Source: a virus (lineage: Duplodnaviria > Caudoviricetes). Taken from it: a stretch of DNA of 52,593 nt. Below are positions 17,067 to 26,817 of the stretch, piece by piece. The stretch lies in the IMG/VR virus record IMGVR_UViG_3300017747_004549, positions 1-52,593 of that record; one strand, written 5' to 3'. The translations under genes were made by a program, and so were the position numbers. How positions within the stretch are numbered: position 1 is the first letter of the stretch; each line of letters starts with the position of its first letter. Below the pieces are notes generated by a model. That model worked only from the letters and a program-made list of their open reading frames with translations, was not told where the DNA came from and did not search any database.

Positions 17067-17570
17067 TTACTTCCGCTGCGCCGACAGCTCCCGGTCGAGC
17101 TGATCGGACCGCTGAACGCCGGTAAGCGACTTAATCACCTTGCCATCCGGCCCCAGAATGATCGTTGTCGGCCAAAGTCGGATCCCGTATTTTTCCCGGG
17201 CTTCGCGATCGGTCAGCGTGATGTATTGAAAATCGTCGCCGTCAGTCTTGCCGACTTTATACCCCTTGGCTGTCAGCTTGTCGGCCTCTTGCTTTTGCGT
17301 CCCACAGTGCGGGCAGTGCCACGTCGGGGAACAGATCAGCGCCCGGGCTTTCGGCTTCGCTGCCGGAGCTGCCGGAGCTGCCGGAGCTGCCGCCGGCTTG
17401 GCGGCCTCGACAAGCTGCCGGGCGTCGCTCGCGAGCGCAGAACGGGCCAGGACGCCGGCCGCCGCGCTCTTCAAGTGCCCGGTTTGCCGCTCTTCAACCG
17501 TCGGACCGCTGGGGGAAAATGCGGCGGCCGCAACCGCCAGAAACAAAACGATCGCAATTGCGCGAAACAT
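17067..17570 (-). CDS. Exported thioredoxin-fold protein
   Basis: Signal peptide MFRAIAIVLFLAVAAAA, AP linker, WHCPHC, YGI..WPT.II...DGK......G. Confidence 0.8.
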   Translation of the reverse strand: MFRAIAIVLFLAVAAAAFSPSGPTVEERQTGHLKSAAAGVLARSALASDARQLVEAAKPAAAPAAPAAPAAKPKARALICSPTWHCPHCGTQKQEADKLTAKGYKVGKTDGDDFQYITLTDREAREKYGIRLWPTTIILGPDGKVIKSLTGVQRSDQLDRELSAQRK

Positions 17571-17635
17571 CCTTGAACCCCTAAAAAAACGCGAGCCCCG
17601 GCAGCGGACGAACCGACCCCGCCAGGGCTCGCAGA

Positions 17636-17935
17636 CTAGAATCCTTCGCCGTGATCGATCAGCGGGAAGCCGTCGGGCCCCGTTTTGCGCTGGGGCGGCC
17701 GGTTTGCGTATGCGGCGTGCCATTCGTCCGTTGTGTACCGACGTTCGGCCGGCGGCGCGTCTTCCTTGAACAAGTGCCGATGATCGAACAGCCAGACCTT
17801 GACAGCGACCACCGTCCGCTCAAACAAGTTTTCGCGCGGGGGCTGCCCCGGAGCGCCGGCCGGCCGATCGAACAGCGCGACGGCTGCAACCACCAACAAT
17901 AGCAACCACGGTAGAAACGAGCTTTTAGTTTTCAT
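17636..17935 (-). CDS. Small membrane-anchored protein
   Basis: N-terminal TM FLPWLLLLVVAAVALF; GAAGGGGG RBS. Confidence 0.65.
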   Translation of the reverse strand: MKTKSSFLPWLLLLVVAAVALFDRPAGAPGQPPRENLFERTVVAVKVWLFDHRHLFKEDAPPAERRYTTDEWHAAYANRPPQRKTGPDGFPLIDHGEGF

Positions 17936-19208
17936 GCTGAACCCCCTTCAAAATCGCTGGCAGGCTGTTTTGCCGGAAGATCGCCGCGGCGCGCGCATCA
18001 TAGGCCTCAGGCCGGAAATTGTCACCCCTAGATAGCGGCAAATTCAGCGCCGCGAGCCCTCGCTCCCGGCCGGATTTTTCGTAATGTACCCAGTCACCAT
18101 GCTTTAGATCGCGCCACTTGAACCCGCCGACGCCGGCCAGCGCGAAGCTGTCCCGGCCGCGGAGCATCCGCGTCGCTACGTCGGCGTCCACCCAGAAAGA
18201 TCCTTCCGGCTGATCGTCCGGCCACTTCGGACCGCCGACCCAGGACGGGCCCCAGGAATTCAGACACAGCAAGCCCGGCCGATCGTAGCGCACCCCGATA
18301 AAACACATGCAATGCGACCAGGATCCCGACGGCCGGCTGAACCCGTCGGCGTCGCGCTGGCTGCTGAATCCTTGCCCAGAACAAACGGGAACAGGGTAGC
18401 CCGACTTGATCGCGGCCGCGGCTTCCTCGAAATCGACCACTAGCGAAACATTTCGGACCGGATGCTTCTTCGCCTCATTGTCGAACCGGCCGTTATCGCC
18501 TTGCCCGCCGCAACCGTAGTTTCCCCAGTCCTTCGCGCGGCGCGAACTGTATTGAGTCAGATCGAAACCAAATTCAGGGTAATCGACCCGGAACGCGACG
18601 CCGTAGTCGTGCAGGAACTTCGACGCCCCGCCGCCGTAGCTGCCATCGCCCCAGCCGCCGTTCGGGGGCGGCCCGCCGTGCGCTTCGACTCGCGACCCGC
18701 CATAAATCGACTCTGTCGCCGCTTCAATCCAAGAATCTTTCGGGACAACCCCGAGCTCGCAATCAACAGCAAGAGTGATATCGCAACCGTGCTTGTATCC
18801 CCAGGAAACACAATCCCCGATCCCCTGGGATCCGACCACAAAATCGCGGCCGTACTTCGCGCGGTATCGCTTATACATCGCGCGATAAAGCAACACTTGC
18901 GTTTTGTCATCGTCGCGAAACAACCCGGGGGCGGCCGTCGAAAGCGATCGGCCGGGGAGAGTAGCAACGAAAGCTTCGGTCCGATTTTTCTGGGGAACCC
19001 AGCCGAATTGCCCGGCCGGCGTGCCGGTCGCATATTCGCCGATCGACGCCGGCGCTTGCGTGATCCGGACGAGCTCGCCGTCCCTCCGGATCGCCGGCCC
19101 GACGGGCTCAAGCTTCCGCCATTGCTCGATCGCCACGCCCGCGACGATCGCAACCGCTGCGACCCCCAACAGCGCCCAGGCCAGCGGATGCTTTTTTTTG
19201 CTCGACAT
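17925..19208 (-). CDS. Membrane-anchored papain-like (C1-type) cysteine peptidase
   Basis: N-terminal TM; QGIGDCVSW (oxyanion Gln and catalytic Cys), SHCMCFIG (His), LNSWG (Asn). Confidence 0.85.
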   Translation of the reverse strand: MSSKKKHPLAWALLGVAAVAIVAGVAIEQWRKLEPVGPAIRRDGELVRITQAPASIGEYATGTPAGQFGWVPQKNRTEAFVATLPGRSLSTAAPGLFRDDDKTQVLLYRAMYKRYRAKYGRDFVVGSQGIGDCVSWGYKHGCDITLAVDCELGVVPKDSWIEAATESIYGGSRVEAHGGPPPNGGWGDGSYGGGASKFLHDYGVAFRVDYPEFGFDLTQYSSRRAKDWGNYGCGGQGDNGRFDNEAKKHPVRNVSLVVDFEEAAAAIKSGYPVPVCSGQGFSSQRDADGFSRPSGSWSHCMCFIGVRYDRPGLLCLNSWGPSWVGGPKWPDDQPEGSFWVDADVATRMLRGRDSFALAGVGGFKWRDLKHGDWVHYEKSGRERGLAALNLPLSRGDNFRPEAYDARAAAIFRQNSLPAILKGVQHEN

Positions 19209-19238
19209 TCTTACCCCTTAGAATTGCAACCCGCGGCC

Positions 19239-19721
19239 TTAATGCTCCGCGGCGTATTTCGCGCAAGCCGCGGCCGTGCGCGTCGCCTTGATCCAGCTCT
19301 TGACGTCCTCATCCGTGAGCGGCCCGCCTCCAGTGCCGACCTGGGATTCCATCCATTTTTCCGTTTCGGCCGCAACCCCGGGGTATTTCGACATAAACGA
19401 CCAGCCGCCCATTCTGTATTCCCGGAGCGCGATCCGAAAATCGTCGATCTGAACGCCGGTAGAAAACCGCCGCTCTTTTTTGGATTGATCGTATTCGATC
19501 CCGTCGGCCAGCGCCTCGAGGATCGTTTCAAAGTCGTGCGCGTGCCGGCGAGCTTCGGCGCGATCGTCATTTGTTGCGAAAGCCGCAACATAATCCGGGC
19601 CCTCCGCCGGCCGCGGCGCAGGCGCTGGAACGATCGCGGATCCCTTGAACAGCTCGCCGGCGAACAAGATCGCGCAGCCGATCATTGCAGCCACGATCAG
19701 ATTGCTATTGTTGTTTTGCAT
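19239..19721 (-). CDS. Membrane-anchored or exported helical protein
   Basis: Hydrophobic N-terminus followed by a PAPAP linker. Confidence 0.65.
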   Translation of the reverse strand: MQNNNSNLIVAAMIGCAILFAGELFKGSAIVPAPAPRPAEGPDYVAAFATNDDRAEARRHAHDFETILEALADGIEYDQSKKERRFSTGVQIDDFRIALREYRMGGWSFMSKYPGVAAETEKWMESQVGTGGGPLTDEDVKSWIKATRTAAACAKYAAEH

Positions 19722-19756
19722 CAGCTCGCCACCTTGAAAAAAACGCGAAGCCAGAA

Positions 19757-20044
19757 CTAGGCGGGCGGCGGGCTGTAAAGCTTCGCCGCGACGCCGGCAA
19801 TCGTCGCTTGGATTTCGGCCTCCGGGACGCCCTTCGATCGCAGCGCCGCAACCACCACGTCGAGCGCCGCGAATGCTTCGCCCGACGTTCGCACTTTCGC
19901 GACTGGGACGATCGTCGGCAATTGCCGCGGAACATCGGCCGCCAAGCTGCCGGAACTGCCGGAGCTCTTGAACGTGAGAAGCAAGTAGCCGACGACGGCC
20001 GCGATCGCCATCGCTGCCATCGGGTTAGATTTGATAAATTCCAT
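19757..20044 (-). CDS. Small single-TM protein
   Basis: MAAMAIAAVVGYLLL; GAGGAG RBS. Confidence 0.7.
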   Translation of the reverse strand: MEFIKSNPMAAMAIAAVVGYLLLTFKSSGSSGSLAADVPRQLPTIVPVAKVRTSGEAFAALDVVVAALRSKGVPEAEIQATIAGVAAKLYSPPPA

Positions 20045-20090
20045 GACCAGCAGCTCCTCGAAAGTGAAATAAGATCAGCAGCGCCGGAAA

Positions 20091-20423
20091 CTATCGCGAC
20101 GCCGCGGCGTGTTTCAGCGCTTCGTATTGGGCTTCGACTTGCGCGGAAAGGTAATTCAAAATTGCTTTCTTGAGCGCCCAGACGATCCAGTTAAACGGCA
20201 TCGGCAGCGCCGGCGTGAGCTGATCGATCAGATCGCTTACCCATTGCATGACCAGCGCCTTTTTCTCCGGCCCGGGATTCGACAGGCGGAAAGCGCTGCG
20301 CACGCAGAGCGCGACGAACCGCGAAACAATCAGGCCGGCTTCCGCGATCGACAACCCGTCGGCAGCTTGCCGGACCGCGTCGTCGTAAAAAGCTTTCACG
20401 TCCTCATCGAAAGTCGTTGGCAT
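20091..20423 (-). CDS. Possible holin-like amphipathic protein
   Basis: G.EKK..V motif, amphipathic helices, first gene of the membrane-protein cluster. Confidence 0.4.
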   Translation of the reverse strand: MPTTFDEDVKAFYDDAVRQAADGLSIAEAGLIVSRFVALCVRSAFRLSNPGPEKKALVMQWVSDLIDQLTPALPMPFNWIVWALKKAILNYLSAQVEAQYEALKHAAASR

Positions 20424-20486
20424 TTTTGAGCTCCAAGAGTGGGGAATGTTCGCCTATTCTTACAGCCAGCTCGATCCCCGTCTAGC

Positions 20487-20754
20487 TTAGAACTGTTCCA
20501 GATCGCCGCCCTCAAGTCGCGCCCGGTAAATTTGCATTGTGTAGTTGTGGGCGGCCTCATTGTCGCCGAAAGACAGTCGCGCGAGCGCCTGAATCCGTTT
20601 CATTTTCTCTTGAGACAGATCCCCGAACCTGAGCTCCCATTCTGCTTGCAGCCGCGGGATACAATCCAGCAGCGCGCGACGATCGAGCGAATTCAATCCT
20701 CTTGCGTCAATGTTGAGCCAGAACCCGATCCGGGCGATAGGGTAATTTTTTTTT
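20487..20754 (-). CDS. Probable -1 frameshift extension of the tail assembly chaperone (GT-like)
   Basis: Open -1 frame (NYPIARIGFWL...) beginning at the A9 run, with no independent start. Confidence 0.6.
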
Positions 20755-21133
20755 GAGCGTCGCGAACCGATGACACAATCGCGTTGTAGAACTTCGCGGC
20801 CTCTTGCCGGGCGCAGCGATTCACGCCGAATCGATCTTTTAGGAGCTGCGCAACGTCGTCGAGATACTTGCGCGATGGGCGGATGAACTCGCCACCCTGC
20901 GCCCCGCAATGCGGACAAGTGTAATCGTCGAGCTTTCCGAAAACGTCATCATCGGGAACGTGATCGCGCCCACACTTCAAGCAGTGATTCGGGTCGAGTC
21001 GATGCGCTGAGTCGATATCGACAAGCCAGTCCTGGGCGTCGTAAATCTCGACTTCAAACGTGATCCCGTTGATCGTGAATTCAGCCCAAACGCTATCGGA
21101 ATCGAGTGCGATCGCGTCGCTTTTATCTGCCAT
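20693..21133 (-). CDS. Putative tail assembly chaperone with an internal zinc ribbon
   Basis: CLKC and CPHC; slippery A AAA AAA near the 3' end (QKK). Confidence 0.55.
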   Translation of the reverse strand: MADKSDAIALDSDSVWAEFTINGITFEVEIYDAQDWLVDIDSAHRLDPNHCLKCGRDHVPDDDVFGKLDDYTCPHCGAQGGEFIRPSRKYLDDVAQLLKDRFGVNRCARQEAAKFYNAIVSSVRDAQKKITLSPGSGSGSTLTQED

Positions 21134-22838
21134 CTTCTTCTCCGTCCTTCATGCAAAATTCTTTGATCTTCGGCGCTTTCACGCCGTACAACTGCCCCTT
21201 CACACGGTATAGGATCGCCCAGCGTGCGCCGATCAGGGGGCAGTCGAAATAGGAAACGAGCGGCTCGACTTTGATCGATCGACCCATTTCCTCGACCTTG
21301 ACGCCGGCCACCGTTTTTAGCGCGGGGATTTCGGGATTCCACTTGAGCCGCATCGCGCGGCCCGTCATCAATATATAATCGTCCGTTTTTCCTTCGAGCT
21401 GAACAACGTGATCCTTCGCGGCGACTTCCCCAGGGCTGCCGCTGATCGCCGTCGGAAAGGGCGACGATGTTCCGTCCCCCGTCGGCGAATCGCCGGGCAA
21501 TTTCCAGTCTTGCATAATGCGGTGAATGATCGCGTTTTGCGACTGAGTCCCCATGATCGAGTTGCGAAAATCCAGATACGAATTTTCTTTGGTAACGTCC
21601 GGACAAGTCAGCCGGAGCGAAGTATTTTCGTAGGGCTGGGGGCGGCCGCCGCCGTCATTTCCTAGATTGAATTTTGCCGGAGCCGCGCACAGATCGACAA
21701 TCACGTCGTCGTTGGCGCTGAATTTTAAGCCAGCGCCGCCACGCGGGGAGAACACGCCGGCCGCTTCCATTGACGTTCGCCATTGTTGATAGTTCGTCCC
21801 CGGCACCGCGGACCATAGCCCGGCCTTTGATAAGATTTCATGCAAGCAAGCGGTCATTCGCCACTGAACAGAAAACCGCGACGATCGGTCGAACAGCTTG
21901 CTCCCGAATTTGATTCGCTCCGGAATTACAACACCTTTCGGCCCGGCCGTCGCTTTGAGCTTCGCCGCAATATCAAACATGATAATAAAGAATTTGTCGG
22001 CCGCGACTTTCTTAGGTACTCCCGGCGCAACCTTGAGCGTTCCCGACAGTGATCCCGCCCATTGCAGAAAGCCGGGCGGCCGGTTTTCCAGATCGTAGTC
22101 AAGATCGGCTTCGATGATTCCGGCGGGGAAAGCGTCGCCGGTCAGCTCTTCGTGAACCACCATAAACTCGACTTTGTTTCGCTTGCGATCGAACCGCCGG
22201 CGAAACGTGACGGGCTTAAAATATTGCGGACAGTTAAACCGGATCCTATCGAAAGCCGCTTCCGGATTCGCCGCGATCTTGTTCCCGTTTCGGAATTGCA
22301 CAATACCGAGCTCGCCATTGATCGCGCGAGTCAGAAGCCCTTCCGGATTTGTCGCGTACTCAATATCGTATTCAAACGACATTACGTCGCCGGCGCTGAT
22401 CGACGCGCTCGCGCACTTGGGCGGGATAGTAAAGCGACATTCCCAGACCACGTTCCAGCACAGATCCGCGCCCCAGGGAGTACAGGCCAGCAGCGCCGGC
22501 CGCGGCCCCATATCGATATCCGGCGTTGTCCCGTTGCGGCTTGTGTTGATCGTCCCCCCGAGCCCGATATCTGAAATGATCAGCGTCGATCCCGGGCGCG
22601 TCAGCGCAGCCACGACAGAATCCATCCGCGTTTGCTGCCGGGCAACCGTCGATTCGGTCGCGTCGCTGCCGTGAATTTTTCCAGTGACGGACAAAAAACA
22701 ATCGATCGCAATCACCGCGCGCTGCGCGGTATCGTATCGCGGCTCGTACCGGAATTGAACATTCCGCAGCGCGCTAAACGTGTAGGCCCCGTAAGACAGC
22801 GTTCCGAAACCCGTTGTAAGATCTTTGACCTTAGTCAT
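21123..22838 (-). CDS. Putative tail protein (distal tail / hub)
   Basis: 571 aa, beta-rich, immediately after the tape-measure-like gene. Confidence 0.55.
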   Translation of the reverse strand: MTKVKDLTTGFGTLSYGAYTFSALRNVQFRYEPRYDTAQRAVIAIDCFLSVTGKIHGSDATESTVARQQTRMDSVVAALTRPGSTLIISDIGLGGTINTSRNGTTPDIDMGPRPALLACTPWGADLCWNVVWECRFTIPPKCASASISAGDVMSFEYDIEYATNPEGLLTRAINGELGIVQFRNGNKIAANPEAAFDRIRFNCPQYFKPVTFRRRFDRKRNKVEFMVVHEELTGDAFPAGIIEADLDYDLENRPPGFLQWAGSLSGTLKVAPGVPKKVAADKFFIIMFDIAAKLKATAGPKGVVIPERIKFGSKLFDRSSRFSVQWRMTACLHEILSKAGLWSAVPGTNYQQWRTSMEAAGVFSPRGGAGLKFSANDDVIVDLCAAPAKFNLGNDGGGRPQPYENTSLRLTCPDVTKENSYLDFRNSIMGTQSQNAIIHRIMQDWKLPGDSPTGDGTSSPFPTAISGSPGEVAAKDHVVQLEGKTDDYILMTGRAMRLKWNPEIPALKTVAGVKVEEMGRSIKVEPLVSYFDCPLIGARWAILYRVKGQLYGVKAPKIKEFCMKDGEEDGR

Positions 22839-24298
22839 CGTAGCCCAACATTCGGCAGCGCTTGGCGGAATTCCAGCTTGCCGAAATTGGCTTCGCCGTT
22901 CCCGCTAAAAATGCGGCCGTTGAAATTGACCGTAAGATCCGGAAGAGAATTGAACGCGCCCAAAATATCGGCTTCCGGCGGGAGCTCGTTTGCTTCATCC
23001 TGGGCGAACCCCAGGAGCCGGTTTTGTACTTCGAGCAACCGGATAAAAGTCGGCTTGAAAAATCCCAGGGCGTTAAGTACCTCAGTCACGCCAGCGAAGA
23101 TCTTCCCGCCGACTTCGACCACGCCGGCGACGTGTTCAACTAACGGCGTCACCGCGTCAAGGAGCGGACCTTCGACGGCCGCCGCGATCCGTGACAAGCC
23201 GCGATCGAGCCGAGATTGCGCCTCTTGAAACCGCGCAACCCGGCCGCCGTTCGCGTTGGCTTGCTCGATATCTTGCCGGAGCTGCGCGACTTCGATCCGG
23301 GCGCTTGCCGCTTGAATTTCGGCGCTGAACGGCCGGAGCCGCTCCGCCACTTCGGCGATATGCTTCCGGAGCGCGTCGTTTGCCGCGATCAGCCCGCGGA
23401 TCGCGACCACCGCGGCCCCGACCACCGCGACGCCGGCCAGGATCGCTACCCCGACGGGCCCCAGCAGCGCCGCCGCTCCGGCCGCAGCGCCAGCAGCTCC
23501 GCCGCCAGCAGCTCCGGCAGCGCCAGGAGCCGCCAGGGCCCCAGCTCCGCCGCCAGCGGCCGCCAAGCCCCCGGCAGCCCCGCGAGCTCCGCCGGCGACC
23601 GTCAGGGCCCCCTGGGCGTTCCCGGCGGCCGTCGCTCCGCCGGCCGGGCGAACGATAATCTCGCGCGATAGGGCTTCGCCGCGCAGCCCGGGGAACCGGG
23701 GAACCGTCAGCCGATCGTCGTCGCCGTCATCCCCGGGCGATGGCAGCAGGGGCGGCCGGCTCGCCGGCAGCCGGCCGGCAGGTTCCACGTCCCGGCGGGT
23801 CTTGTTGAATCCGCGGACGAAACTCTCCGCGGCCGCCTGGGCGCTTTCGACGATCGTCCGCCCCCCGGCGGCGCTGGCTTGCCCGGCAGCCGTTGCCGCC
23901 GCGGCCGTTGTCCGGGCGGCCGTTTCGGCGAATGTTCGCGACAGCAATTCGCGCAAGAATCCGCCGCCGGTCTTGAACGCCTCGAAAGCCCGGGACGCCG
24001 TCGCGATTTCGGTCAGCAGCCGGAGCGCTTGGCCGAAAAATGGCAGCCGTTCGAGCTGTCGCCCCAGGGCGTTGACCAGCGCGTCGCCGACAGCCTGGGA
24101 AGTCGATCGAGCGGCCCCGGCCGGCTCGCTGGGGGACGGGCTCGCCGTCGATCGCGATCGGCCGCCAGCTTGTCGCGTCGCTTCTCCGGCGACGGGATCC
24201 GGACCGCCCGCCGGCGATTGTGGGCGCGCGGGCTCAGTCGCTCCGCCGCCGCCCGGGGAATCGTCCTGAAAAACGAATTTGAGCGTTGTTTCTGCCAT
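22835..24298 (-). CDS. Tape-measure-like protein
   Basis: Ala/Gly-rich, GPVGVAI hydrophobic stretch, helical, follows the tail tube gene. Confidence 0.65.
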   Translation of the reverse strand: MAETTLKFVFQDDSPGGGGATEPARPQSPAGGPDPVAGEATRQAGGRSRSTASPSPSEPAGAARSTSQAVGDALVNALGRQLERLPFFGQALRLLTEIATASRAFEAFKTGGGFLRELLSRTFAETAARTTAAAATAAGQASAAGGRTIVESAQAAAESFVRGFNKTRRDVEPAGRLPASRPPLLPSPGDDGDDDRLTVPRFPGLRGEALSREIIVRPAGGATAAGNAQGALTVAGGARGAAGGLAAAGGGAGALAAPGAAGAAGGGAAGAAAGAAALLGPVGVAILAGVAVVGAAVVAIRGLIAANDALRKHIAEVAERLRPFSAEIQAASARIEVAQLRQDIEQANANGGRVARFQEAQSRLDRGLSRIAAAVEGPLLDAVTPLVEHVAGVVEVGGKIFAGVTEVLNALGFFKPTFIRLLEVQNRLLGFAQDEANELPPEADILGAFNSLPDLTVNFNGRIFSGNGEANFGKLEFRQALPNVGLR

Positions 24299-24304
24299 CG
24301 GCTT

Positions 24305-24805
24305 TTATGCTGGATTGGTGATCGAGAACCACCGCAACGTCCCCGAATCATCGTACGGGATAAGCTGGAACAGAACCTGGACGTCCCGTTGCAAATTGCC
24401 CAACAAGAATTCCATATCGTTGTCGGCCGCCGTGATCGCTTGGCTTGCCGTGATCGTCACCGGGCCCGCGGCCGCCGCGGGGGATCCCGCCTGAGCCGTG
24501 AGAACGAGCGCCTTGGCGAAATTGGTAATCAGCTCGCCGACTTCGCCCACAGCCCCCAGATCTGCCGGGACGAACATATTTGCGATCAGCGTCGAGACTG
24601 GATCCTTCCATTCCTTGAACACGACGGACAAAAAGCAATCGCCGCCGCGATACACGCCGTCAATTGTCGTGTCGCCCCATTTGTCCGCGCGGATCGGTTC
24701 CCACTTAAACCGCCGGCGAAGTCGCCGGACGCCTTCGACGAGCCCGCAATCGTCGCCGTCGAGCGTTTGCGTGTAATAGCCCGGCGCGAATGTTCCCAGT
24801 GCCAT
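24305..24805 (-). CDS. Putative major tail tube protein
   Basis: 166 aa; G...G...R....I.AD.WG.T.ID.VY.G pattern; position. Confidence 0.6.
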   Translation of the reverse strand: MALGTFAPGYYTQTLDGDDCGLVEGVRRLRRRFKWEPIRADKWGDTTIDGVYRGGDCFLSVVFKEWKDPVSTLIANMFVPADLGAVGEVGELITNFAKALVLTAQAGSPAAAAGPVTITASQAITAADNDMEFLLGNLQRDVQVLFQLIPYDDSGTLRWFSITNPA

Positions 24806-24816
24806 ACGTCACCCCT

Positions 24817-25377
24817 TTATGCAATTTCCGAACTGTACTCGATTCGATCGAAACCCTCGAATGGCAAGCGCCGAACTAGCCACCCCACAACCTCGCCTTC
24901 GTCGCCGGTATTCTCTTCGTGCGACCATCCGGCGTCGTGTACTTCCGTCCCCGTCCGACCTTGATAGTAGGGCGGATATAAAAACGGCTCTTCGCCCGAG
25001 TCGAGATTGGCAACCGCCGCCGCGCGTAGCGTTTGATTGTCGTGCAGCGCCGCAATAATTTGCGACTCTAGCAGATCCATTCCCCCGGATGCTCGATTAT
25101 AGATTTCCTCGATCTGATCGGGATGATAGACACCCGTCCGGCAGGAAATGAACGCGACAAAAGCGAATTTTCTTTCAAGCAAGTTTTGTGGATACCCGTC
25201 GCGGGATCCCTTGGTTCGCGTCGCCGGCTCATTCAGGCTGACATAAACCTGGGGAGCTCGCGGCGGGGGCTTGCCGTCTTGCTCGATCCCGGAGCTATAC
25301 ACGTCGAGCGTGACGTGCGTCACCTGAGAGCGAAGCCGCGCGAGAACGGCCGCGGCGATGGCGCTGGGCGCTTTCAT
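24817..25377 (-). CDS. Putative tail terminator / completion protein
   Basis: Size and position between the neck and tube genes. Confidence 0.5.
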   Translation of the reverse strand: MKAPSAIAAAVLARLRSQVTHVTLDVYSSGIEQDGKPPPRAPQVYVSLNEPATRTKGSRDGYPQNLLERKFAFVAFISCRTGVYHPDQIEEIYNRASGGMDLLESQIIAALHDNQTLRAAAVANLDSGEEPFLYPPYYQGRTGTEVHDAGWSHEENTGDEGEVVGWLVRRLPFEGFDRIEYSSEIA

Positions 25378-26165
25378 GCGAATAAGCTCCCGATATTTTC
25401 CAGCCCGCTTGCGCCGACTTCCGTAATTTCAGCCACCCAAGCGGCCGGCAAATTTCCGTCAACCGGCCAGAGCGGCCGCGCGGGAACGCCGATCCCCAGG
25501 TGGTGCCGCGCGGCATATTCGACATTTGTCCCGCACAGCAGCCCGTCGCCGAGCTCGCGCACGACTTGCTCCGGAGCCGGCGGAGCATAATCCGCGTCAC
25601 AAGCCAGGACAGTAAGAACGCCGGGCGAAAGCGAGTTGTACAAAACCCCGCGATCGCGCAAAATCTCGACTTGGCGGTTCCCGAAAACTTCCAGCTTAGT
25701 CCGGACGCCGGCGGCCTTGCTCTTGTTCCACGCGCTCGCGGCCGCCCGGGCTTTCGCTTCTCCAAGCGGCATTTGCAGCGCCAGATATTTCAGCGCCGAA
25801 CCGTACCAGCGCCGCCACTGTTTGAGCTGCGCATCCGACATAAAGCCATCGCGGCCGCCCGGGCTTAATTTGCCGGCCCGCGGGGGCTGCCGACTGCCGG
25901 AGCCGTTGCGACCCATCGGGCGCGTATAGGCTAGATATTGCGGCGAGAGGGGCGGCCAGCGGATCCCGGCTTCGTCTGTTCCTCCCCGACTTTTGACAAT
26001 GAAATTTTCCCGAATGATCGAAAAAAACGCGAACGCCACCCGCAGCTTGAACCCGCGAACGATCCCGTAAGCGTCGGGGATCTTCCCGGCGAGCATAGCG
26101 GGCAGGGAGCGGATAAGCCGCTCGATTTCCTCCCGTCGGCTTGCTTTGGTGTAGAAAGTTGGCAT
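25374..26165 (-). CDS. Virion morphogenesis protein (Mu gpG-like)
   Basis: G..WPPLS..Y, ILRDRG.LYNSL, GTNVEYAARH..G..VPARP. Confidence 0.82.
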   Translation of the reverse strand: MPTFYTKASRREEIERLIRSLPAMLAGKIPDAYGIVRGFKLRVAFAFFSIIRENFIVKSRGGTDEAGIRWPPLSPQYLAYTRPMGRNGSGSRQPPRAGKLSPGGRDGFMSDAQLKQWRRWYGSALKYLALQMPLGEAKARAAASAWNKSKAAGVRTKLEVFGNRQVEILRDRGVLYNSLSPGVLTVLACDADYAPPAPEQVVRELGDGLLCGTNVEYAARHHLGIGVPARPLWPVDGNLPAAWVAEITEVGASGLENIGSLFA

Positions 26166-26167
26166 TG

Positions 26168-26719
26168 TTAGAACGTGAACGGATATTGATCGAGATTGCC
26201 CAGCGTGTAGTTCTTGCGCTTGCTTTCGGCCGGCGGCGGCGCTCCGCTGCTGATCTGAGTTAGCGCCCGGACCTTAACGCCGTGCGAAGCGCCGGCGATC
26301 GTAAGGTTTGTCATAAACGGCAACGTTTCGTAGCTGTCGGCAACGTCCGGGAGTTGCAACCGACCCAACTGGATTTCCTTGAGATACTCAAGAACGCGCT
26401 CGTACTCCGCTTGCAGCGCCTTGCTAACGGGACACATTCGCCGGCCGCAGCTAAAGAACGTGTAAATGATCGCGGCGCAATGCCGGACGAATGGGGGCGT
26501 ATTCGTTGGCGGATTCGTCCCGGAAAAATCGGCCGTAGTGTAGCGCGTCGCCAAGTGTACCGCGACCACGCCGGACGCCCTCGCGATCAGCCGGTCAGCA
26601 ATCGCGGATTCGCCGGCGTCGTAATCTTGCCCCAGATCGTCATCCATGCGCGAGCGAAGACCAGTTTCCGAAATCCAGTCGCTTGCGTCGGCCTGAGTAC
26701 AAAGGATGATATCCGTCAT
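26168..26719 (-). CDS. Head-tail adaptor (Mu gp36/DUF1320-like)
   Basis: IARAS..V...L..RY and YE.....L.EI..G...L; follows the capsid gene. Confidence 0.7.
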   Translation of the reverse strand: MTDIILCTQADASDWISETGLRSRMDDDLGQDYDAGESAIADRLIARASGVVAVHLATRYTTADFSGTNPPTNTPPFVRHCAAIIYTFFSCGRRMCPVSKALQAEYERVLEYLKEIQLGRLQLPDVADSYETLPFMTNLTIAGASHGVKVRALTQISSGAPPPAESKRKNYTLGNLDQYPFTF

Positions 26720-26731
26720 TCCGCGAGCTCC

Positions 26732-26776
26732 AAAAAATCAGGGCGGGCGAAGTCTGAATCGACCAGCCCGCCCTTG
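26732..26776 (-). terminator. Intrinsic terminator after the major capsid gene
   Basis: AGGGCGGGC...GCCCGCCCT then GATTTTTT. Confidence 0.7.
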
Positions 26777-26817
26777 ATCTTGTTCGCAATAGGCCACGCG
26801 CCCCGTTCGCGAATCGA

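Noticed and set aside
17359-17391. 9 bp tandem repeat (TGCCGGAGC x3)
   Set aside because: Encodes an Ala-Pro linker in the thioredoxin
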